Source: Candidatus Poribacteria bacterium (GTDB lineage Bacteria; Poribacteria; WGA-4E; WGA-3G). Taken from it: a DNA stretch of 64,000 nt. Every line of letters begins with the position of its first letter. Positions within the stretch are counted from its first letter, which is position 1. The translations under genes were made by a program, and so were the position numbers. The notes below the pieces were generated by a model. It did no database searches, was not told the DNA's origin, and saw nothing but the letters and a program-made list of their open reading frames with translations. Shown one piece after another: positions 58,046-64,000 of this stretch. The stretch covers positions 874,398 to 938,397 of the forward strand of contig CBDAUH010000003.1 of assembly GCA_965200395.1 (NCBI GenBank), written 5' to 3'.

Positions 58046-59134
58046 ATGACAAATAAACTCAAAGTGGGAATTGTCGGTGCAAACAGAGGGAGTTCATATT
58101 TCCACCAATTTGGTACAATAACCGAAACAGAGGTTGCGGCTATCTGCGACATCAATGAGACTTCACTTCAGAACCTTGCAGAAAGGTTTAATGTTCCATA
58201 TCAATTTACAGATTACACGGAAATGTTAGATGCGGTTGATCTTGTCGTACTTGCTACGCCTGAAAATCTGCACGTTCCGCAATCAATAGCGGCATTAGAT
58301 GTTGGGAAACATGTCATTAGTGAAGTTACGGCTGCTGTCAAGTTGGAAGAATGCTATGACCTTGTGAGGGCGGTTCGAAAGTCCTCTGCTAAGTATACGA
58401 TGGCTGAGAATACATGTTATTCCAAACACAATGTGCTTATACGTAATATGGTGGAAAAAGGATTGTTCGGAGATTTGTATTTTGGTGAGGGAGAGTATTT
58501 ACACAACATCAAATCACTTCATCACGATGCAAGTGGCAATCCAACATGGCGTTACTATTGGCAGGTAGGGATAAATCGGTGCAACTATGCGACACACAGT
58601 CTCGGTCCTGTGCTGCAGTGGTTTGGTGAGCGGGTTGTGAGTGTCTGCTGCTTGGGGACTGGTGTTAATACGGATCCAGAGCATGCAATGGAAGATACGG
58701 TGATGATGCTGTGTAAAACGGAGAGCGGTGGATTAATCAAGATTCGGATTGACATGCTATCGAATCGTCCTGCGAATTCATATTTTAGTCTGCAAGGTAC
58801 GAAGGGGTGTTATGAGAGTTCACGAGGGTTAGGGGCTGCTCCGAAAATATGGCTAAGTGAGTTTGGGATCAGTGAACAGTGGAGGCCATTATCTCAATTT
58901 GACGATCTTTTACCTGATCGTTGGAAGAATCCACCTGCCGAGGCGCAAGATGTGGGTGACCTTGGTGAGTATTTTAAGGTGCGCGATTTTGTTGATAGTA
59001 TTTTGAATGATACTCAACCGCCGATTGATGTTTATACAGCGATGGATTACACGGTGCCGGGGCTGGTTTCGGAGCAATCAATTGCGGGTGGCGGTGCGCC
59101 TATGGAAGTGCCAGATTTTCGGGAAATTAAATAG
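58046..59134 (+). CDS. Gfo/Idh/MocA family oxidoreductase
   Basis: KVGIVGANRGSSY Rossmann N-terminus. ATG at 58046 with an AGGAGGG ribosome-binding site. Confidence 0.8.
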   Translation: MTNKLKVGIVGANRGSSYFHQFGTITETEVAAICDINETSLQNLAERFNVPYQFTDYTEMLDAVDLVVLATPENLHVPQSIAALDVGKHVISEVTAAVKLEECYDLVRAVRKSSAKYTMAENTCYSKHNVLIRNMVEKGLFGDLYFGEGEYLHNIKSLHHDASGNPTWRYYWQVGINRCNYATHSLGPVLQWFGERVVSVCCLGTGVNTDPEHAMEDTVMMLCKTESGGLIKIRIDMLSNRPANSYFSLQGTKGCYESSRGLGAAPKIWLSEFGISEQWRPLSQFDDLLPDRWKNPPAEAQDVGDLGEYFKVRDFVDSILNDTQPPIDVYTAMDYTVPGLVSEQSIAGGGAPMEVPDFREIK

Positions 59135-59158
59135 ACCGACCAGGATCACTTAATTTTG

Positions 59159-59347
59159 TTAGGAAACTGTCTCAGATTCTTCATCTACAGGTTTGAAGAC
59201 AAGTCCGCAGCTGCTGCATCGGTATCCACTCTCAGGTTTAGATTCCACAGCAGGAAATAGCATCCCGCAACATGTTGGACAGGGTTCATCAATTTCCATT
59301 TCTGCTTGTTCCATATCGCCGGAACGGTTTTCAAATTCGACGAGCAT
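59159..59347 (-). CDS. Small zinc-ribbon protein
   Basis: CPTCCG...CSSCG; last gene of the suf-linked cluster. Confidence 0.35.
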   Translation of the reverse strand: MLVEFENRSGDMEQAEMEIDEPCPTCCGMLFPAVESKPESGYRCSSCGLVFKPVDEESETVS

Positions 59348-59350
59348 GTT

Positions 59351-59686
59351 TTAGTATCTCCTTAGCGTTGTATCAATTTCTGCTGCCCACTGATCTATAC
59401 CGCCGGTTAGGTTTTTTGCTTCAGTAAATCCGTTTTGGTGCAGATAAGCGGTTGCATAGAAACTTCGTTGTCCGTGGTGACAGTAGACAACAATCTCTTG
59501 ATCAGGTGGAAGACTGTCTATATGCTGTGGCAATGTATTGAGCGGGATCAACTGTGCATGTTCAAGGTGTACGATGTCGTATTCGCTCTGTTCACGCACA
59601 TCTAGCAAAAACACTGAGTTGTCTTTATCAAGTTTCTGTTTTAGTTCCTGTGGTGATATTTCAGGAAGTGATGTTCCGGTCTGCAT
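59351..59686 (-). CDS. Single-domain rhodanese (sulfurtransferase)
   Basis: Active-site loop CHHGQRS. ATG at 59684-59686 overlaps the upstream stop (TAATG). Confidence 0.7.
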   Translation of the reverse strand: MQTGTSLPEISPQELKQKLDKDNSVFLLDVREQSEYDIVHLEHAQLIPLNTLPQHIDSLPPDQEIVVYCHHGQRSFYATAYLHQNGFTEAKNLTGGIDQWAAEIDTTLRRY

Positions 59687-60072
59687 TACTCTGTTTTTTC
59701 CTCGGTTTGTATAGGTGGTAACGGTGCACACTCTGTACACGGGCATGTCTCACGTAGGATTTCAAATGGATAAATGCCTGTATTGTGTCCATCATTCCAA
59801 CTAAATTGGAGTGCGTAACGACCCACCAGCTGAATATCAATCGGTTGTATATTTTCCGATACTTCAATCAACGTTATATCTCCGTCGCCTTGTGGGGAAA
59901 AGAGGGAGTGAACATCTTTTCCTTCATGTCGGATGATGGCACATTCGGCACATGGGCACATCTGCCTGAGATAACGATATGGATACCAGCTGGTATGTCC
60001 ATCCTTCCATTCTATTTGAAAGGCGTTGTCATGCTTTTTGAGTAGTTTGGGACTTTTGCAGTCTGTATTCAT
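59686..60072 (-). CDS. DUF971-family protein
   Basis: Two CPCxEC-type motifs (CPCAECA, CPCTECA). Confidence 0.55.
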   Translation of the reverse strand: MNTDCKSPKLLKKHDNAFQIEWKDGHTSWYPYRYLRQMCPCAECAIIRHEGKDVHSLFSPQGDGDITLIEVSENIQPIDIQLVGRYALQFSWNDGHNTGIYPFEILRETCPCTECAPLPPIQTEEKTE

Positions 60073-60105
60073 TAACTGTTGATTGCGTTGTTCTTAGTAA
60101 ACTCG

Positions 60106-60405
60106 TTAGAAAATTCCGAGTTCGTCTTTTGCGTCTTCGCTCATCATTTCGGGTGTCCAACGTGGTGTCCACACGACACTGACGTTAACTTCTTCTACGC
60201 CATCCATCTGTTGTGTGACGTGCTGGGTGCCATTGACAATTTGTCCGCCAGCGGGACATCCGGGGCTTGTCAGGGTCATTGTAATATCAACTGTTGTGTC
60301 GTCGATGTCGACTTCGTAGATAAGTCCCATGTCGACGATGTTAATACCGATTTCGGGGTCAATAATTTCCTTGATTGCTTCGTAGACAGATTCTTCTGTT
60401 ACCAT
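60106..60405 (-). CDS. sufT: DUF59 / SufT-like Fe-S assembly protein
   Basis: EAIKEIIDPEIGINIVDMGLIYEV...TSPGCP is the DUF59 signature. AGGAGG ribosome-binding site. Confidence 0.65.
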   Translation of the reverse strand: MVTEESVYEAIKEIIDPEIGINIVDMGLIYEVDIDDTTVDITMTLTSPGCPAGGQIVNGTQHVTQQMDGVEEVNVSVVWTPRWTPEMMSEDAKDELGIF

Positions 60406-60460
60406 TTTAGATTTCCTCCTAAAGTGAACTATGGTAATCGGTTTTGATGGCGTAGTGAGT

Positions 60461-60772
60461 TTAATCGATGCTGATCAAGATTTCGTCATCTTCAATTTTG
60501 ACAGGAAAGCATTCGATGTCTTCGACTCCAGGCATACAGAGTGCTTTACCGGTTTTGACACAGAATCGTGCGCCGTGACGGGGACATTCTATCTCATCGC
60601 CATCTAAAAAGCCCTCTCCGAGAGGTCCTCCATCATGTGTGCATACATCTTCCATTGCAAAGTACTCGCCGTCAATGTTAAAGAGTAGCACAGGAACGAA
60701 ATCTACTTCAACTATTTTTTTTGTGCCTTCAGGCACTTCACTTACATTTGCAACTCTATAATATTCTGCCAT
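60461..60772 (-). CDS. Rieske [2Fe-2S] domain protein
   Basis: CTHDGG...CPRHGARF is the CxH...CxxH Rieske motif. Confidence 0.75.
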   Translation of the reverse strand: MAEYYRVANVSEVPEGTKKIVEVDFVPVLLFNIDGEYFAMEDVCTHDGGPLGEGFLDGDEIECPRHGARFCVKTGKALCMPGVEDIECFPVKIEDDEILISID

Positions 60773-60784
60773 TATGTTCCTTTC

Positions 60785-61174
60785 TTATTCATCTTCCTCG
60801 CCGGGCCATCCTTTGATACCGTAAGCACCAGTTTTGAGTACTTTGAGAGCCAATAAAGCGCATTTTACACGGACTGGACCTAACGGGATTCCGATCATGT
60901 CCATAATGTCATCTCTTGTGAGTTGTTTAACTTCTTCAAGAGATTTTCCTTGTATTTTCTCTGTGAGCATGGAGGCAGCCGCTAGGCTAATAGTACATCC
61001 GTGTCCACAGAACCTTACCTCTTTGATAGTATCATCCTCCACAAGCAGGTCCATCCGAATTTTATCTCCACATAACGGATTGTCTTCTTCATGGGAAATA
61101 TCGGGTTCAGGCAATGTACCGTAGTTGCTGGGATTTTCGTAGTGGTCAAGGAGTTCTTCTTGATATATGTTCAT
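60785..61174 (-). CDS. sufU: SufU/NifU-like Fe-S cluster assembly scaffold/sulfur acceptor
   Basis: CGD...CGHGC conserved cysteines. Confidence 0.7.
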   Translation of the reverse strand: MNIYQEELLDHYENPSNYGTLPEPDISHEEDNPLCGDKIRMDLLVEDDTIKEVRFCGHGCTISLAAASMLTEKIQGKSLEEVKQLTRDDIMDMIGIPLGPVRVKCALLALKVLKTGAYGIKGWPGEEDE

Positions 61175-62434
61175 TTATTTATTTCTCCGAGTCATAAGTT
61201 CCTGTGTTTTTCGTAGGCCGTCACTTAAGCGATCGATATCTTCTATGGTATTGTATAAGTAGAAACTTGCGCGGGCGGTGGCGATAACGTCGAATTTTTT
61301 CATGAGCGGTTGTGCGCAGTGATGCCCTGCGCGGATAGCGACGTTATGCATATCCAAAATGCCCGCGATGTCATGTGGGTGGATACCGTCTATATTAAAG
61401 GAGATAACGCCTGCTTTTTGATGTGGTGCTGGTCCGTAAAGTGTTATACCTTCAATTTCTTGTAGGCGTTCATGTGCATATTTGAGGAGTTCCTGTTCGT
61501 GGACATGAATTGATGCTAATCCTGCTTGCGTAATATAATCTACGGCACTACCGAGTCCGATGGCTTCAGCGATGCTTGGGGTGCCCGCTTCAAATTTTGC
61601 TGGCACATCTGCGTAGGTTGATGTATCGCGTTCGACGCTGCGAATCATGGAACCGCCGCCGAGGAAGGGTGGCATTTCGTCGAGGAGTTCCAATTTGCCG
61701 TATAGTACACCGACACCGGTTGGGCCACACATTTTGTGTCCAGAAAATGCAAGAAAATCGCAATCTAGTTGTTGAACGTTCACACGAAAATGTGGTACGG
61801 ATTGTGCGGCGTCCACTATGACTTTTGCCCCTGCAGCGTGTGCAGCGTCAACAACAGACTGTATCGGATTAATTGTGCCGAGAACATTTGAGACGTGCGT
61901 TATTGCGACTAACTTTGTTTTTTCGGAAAGCATGTCGTGGAGTTGTGTGAAGTCAAGCAAACCTTGCTGGGTTATTTCAAGGAATTTGAGATTTGCGCCG
62001 GTGCGCTGTGCAAGCAGTTGCCACGGAACGAGGTTGCTATGGTGTTCAAGGTCGGTGAGAAGTATCTCATCTCCCTGATGGATATTCATACTTCCCCAGC
62101 TGTATGCGACGAGGTTGATGGATTCGGTAGTATTGCGTGTGAAGACGATTTGGCTTGTCCGTGGTGCGTTAATCAGTCGTGCGATTTTTTGCCGTGCGTT
62201 TTCGTACTGTGCTGTTGCTTCTTCTGAAATCCGGTAGATGCCGCGATGGATATTGGAGCGGTATGTATCATAATATGCGTCCATTGCTTCAACGACGGGG
62301 CGCGGTGTTTGGGTTGACGCAGCACTGTCAAGGAATGCTAACGGTGGTGTATCGGCGAAGATTGGGAAATCTTCGCGAATTGCCTGAACATCAAGTGGGC
62401 GATAGTCGGAGGTGTGTTCTATTTTTTGTGTCAT
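61175..62434 (-). CDS. sufS: Cysteine desulfurase SufS (class II aminotransferase)
   Basis: SGHKMCGPTGVGVLYGK PLP-lysine region and RAGHHCAQPLM active-site Cys motif. ATG at 62434 preferred over TTG at 62455. Confidence 0.8.
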   Translation of the reverse strand: MTQKIEHTSDYRPLDVQAIREDFPIFADTPPLAFLDSAASTQTPRPVVEAMDAYYDTYRSNIHRGIYRISEEATAQYENARQKIARLINAPRTSQIVFTRNTTESINLVAYSWGSMNIHQGDEILLTDLEHHSNLVPWQLLAQRTGANLKFLEITQQGLLDFTQLHDMLSEKTKLVAITHVSNVLGTINPIQSVVDAAHAAGAKVIVDAAQSVPHFRVNVQQLDCDFLAFSGHKMCGPTGVGVLYGKLELLDEMPPFLGGGSMIRSVERDTSTYADVPAKFEAGTPSIAEAIGLGSAVDYITQAGLASIHVHEQELLKYAHERLQEIEGITLYGPAPHQKAGVISFNIDGIHPHDIAGILDMHNVAIRAGHHCAQPLMKKFDVIATARASFYLYNTIEDIDRLSDGLRKTQELMTRRNK

Positions 62435-62451
62435 ATTGTATCCAATAGATT

Positions 62452-62973
62452 TCAATTACTGTTTTGACGGTTCGGGAGTGGATCAATTTTACGCGTGGCG
62501 AATTTGAGGCATGCCGCAATGTCATCGGAATTAAGGTCTGGCATTTCCGCAAGTATCTCTTTAATAGAGAGGCCGCTGGCAAGTAAGTCTAAAACATCTG
62601 TTACTCGAATTCTCATACCTCTTATGCAAGGTTTGCCACCACACTGTTCTGGATTAGAGGTAATTCTCAACCTCAAGTTGAAGTAGGTCCAGACTTTTGC
62701 CCAATCAGCTCCGTTTGAATAGACACTGCCGGGCCCAGGTCCAGGCACAAAAAAACTTAGGTTAGTAGCCTCTTCTAATTTGTTGCATATTCTCCCACAT
62801 ACCTCAAAATCACGTTCGGTGTCGAGGATGGTTACTTTTACGGACAGCACATCGCCCTTGGAACGACTTTCATCGTATTCCAGATAATCATAATCTTTCA
62901 GAATTCGCTTGAGAGCCTCTACGATTTTTGGGTTTTCTGATAGTTGCATAGTCCGTTCCTTAATCTCATTCAA
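62452..62973 (-). CDS. DUF433-domain protein with an uncharacterised ~100-aa N-terminal extension
   Basis: C-terminal CGGKPCIRGMRIRVTDVLDLLASGLSIKEILAEMPDLNSDDIAACLKFA matches DUF433. Confidence 0.5.
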   Translation of the reverse strand: MNEIKERTMQLSENPKIVEALKRILKDYDYLEYDESRSKGDVLSVKVTILDTERDFEVCGRICNKLEEATNLSFFVPGPGPGSVYSNGADWAKVWTYFNLRLRITSNPEQCGGKPCIRGMRIRVTDVLDLLASGLSIKEILAEMPDLNSDDIAACLKFATRKIDPLPNRQNSN

Positions 62974-63056
62974 ATATCTAACGTGAACTCAGTACGGGTT
63001 ATCAGGTTATATGTCCGCGTGACATGCGTGAATCAAGTAGACCAATAATAGACACT

Positions 63057-64000
63057 TTACTTTTTATCAACTATTTTTGTGTCCAAGTAGACACCAAGAT
63101 CTGAGGCAATTTCGTCAAGTAGTCGTTTTTTCGTTTCTGTATTGCTATTTGTCATTATGTAATAATTCCCGGATCTAGCTTGATTATATTTAGGGTGTTT
63201 AGAATCTGATATGAGAGGGATGATATATTTCTTATTCAGATCTCTCACTTTTTCTATTCCTAACTTTTCAATTACCTCGACGAAAGTATCTGATGCCCTA
63301 GAGTGATTAATCACTTCTCTATTAGGCATAATAACAACAAGCCCTTGCCGTACGGATGATGTTTGCTGGTGGTATGATGTGTTACCTGATCCTGACTGAG
63401 TGGTCTCCCCTATCCAATCTGACTCAGTTTTCCTTTCTAAGCTTTTTAGAAAGTCTATCACTTGTTCTGTTGTAGGTCTAGCACCACACAAACTTTCGGT
63501 TTTGCCTGCCATCGCTTCCATTAAGAACTCAGAAAATTCATCTTCGTCCTGTAACAATTTGCTCCATGCTTCCGGTAAACGTGCTTCAATCTCGCGCTGC
63601 TTAGAAACGCGCTGATAGTCATTCCTAATTGCAGTAATAGCGTCACCTTTTTGGATTGCCTCATAGTTCAAGTATCTGTTAAAACGTTCTATACCTTCCT
63701 CACTGTCGCTTTCAAGCAGATCTAATTCGTATACCTTGCGTTCTCTAAATTTTCCTTCTCCGGTTGGATGAAAAAATCGCCACTTCTGACCATCAGTGAG
63801 AATTGCTATTGGTACTCCTTCTCGAAAAGCGTATCCAGATAACTGTTCCTCTGCTCCATCAAGATTTCCGACTTGTTTAACCTCAATGAAAACACGTGGC
63901 TTTCCTGGTGGGTGACACAGCGCAAAGTCTACTCTCTGTCTCTCCATTGCATATTCAGGGATAATGATCTGAGGTTTGAATTTTGGCCATCCTAATGCCT
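63057..64000 (-). CDS. Restriction-endonuclease-like (HsdR-N/Mrr-type PD-(D/E)xK) domain protein; 5' end beyond window
   Basis: The frame stays open upstream of M63947: ALGWPKFKPQIIIPEYAMERQRVDFALCHPPGKPRVFIEVKQ (D...EVK motif). Confidence 0.4.
   Translation of the reverse strand, partial: ALGWPKFKPQIIIPEYAMERQRVDFALCHPPGKPRVFIEVKQVGNLDGAEEQLSGYAFREGVPIAILTDGQKWRFFHPTGEGKFRERKVYELDLLESDSEEGIERFNRYLNYEAIQKGDAITAIRNDYQRVSKQREIEARLPEAWSKLLQDEDEFSEFLMEAMAGKTESLCGARPTTEQVIDFLKSLERKTESDWIGETTQSGSGNTSYHQQTSSVRQGLVVIMPNREVINHSRASDTFVEVIEKLGIEKVRDLNKKYIIPLISDSKHPKYNQARSGNYYIMTNSNTETKKRLLDEIASDLGVYLDTKIVDKK

Noticed and set aside
59687-59746. Longer rhodanese start at M1 (59746)
   Set aside because: It would overlap the upstream DUF971 gene by 61 nt. 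The internal ATG gives the classic TAATG stop/start overlap and a normal single-domain rhodanese length.
62435-62455. sufS start at 62455
   Set aside because: That codon is TTG and would overlap the upstream gene stop. The ATG at 62434 yields a conventional SufS N-terminus.

Overview
This window looks like a metagenome or candidate-phylum bacterial contig (about 45% GC, GGAGG-type ribosome-binding sites, frequent TTG start codons), with most genes on the minus strand. I have no confident taxonomic call. The secreted sulfatase, Gfo/Idh/MocA oxidoreductases, PorV-like barrel and T9SS-like C-terminal domain would fit an FCB/PVC-type or candidate-phylum organism, but that is inference only.

Housekeeping content: a fused glyQS gene; the phoH-ybeY-(IS)-corC operon; hflX; recO; tRNA-Pro and tRNA-Leu; a SUF-type sulfur mobilisation cluster (sufS, sufU, Rieske, DUF59, DUF971, rhodanese); an arylsulfatase; and several Gfo/Idh/MocA oxidoreductases.

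Envelope and secreted proteins include a 1284-aa HEAT-repeat lipoprotein, a GT39/ArnT-like transferase, a PorV-like beta-barrel, a TonB-dependent receptor, and a large secreted protein with a T9SS-like C-terminal domain.

The window is heavily affected by mobile DNA: three IS4-superfamily elements, one ISAs1-family element and one IS630-family element. Three of these appear to disrupt genes or operons (the TonB receptor, the secreted protein versus its sorting domain, and ybeY-corC). Several other genes carry inactivating lesions: a 7-bp tandem duplication, an in-frame stop, and a frameshift.

The most interesting region is 13.4-24.8 kb. It is a three-fold amplified module made of a near-consensus sigma70 promoter, a secreted trypsin-like protease with a TPR array, and a conserved intergenic segment. 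In the intact copy this module is followed by a 1259-aa STAND P-loop NTPase with an N-terminal Mrr-like nuclease domain, which I read as a candidate Avs-like antiviral defence protein. A 5' remnant of a second STAND copy survives downstream of protease copy 2. A divergently encoded pair (P-loop kinase-like protein plus ParB-like nuclease-domain protein) sits inside this island.

A dispersed palindromic repeat family (GCAnAAAC-N5/6-GTTTnTGC) recurs about 70-190 bp upstream of five unrelated genes.
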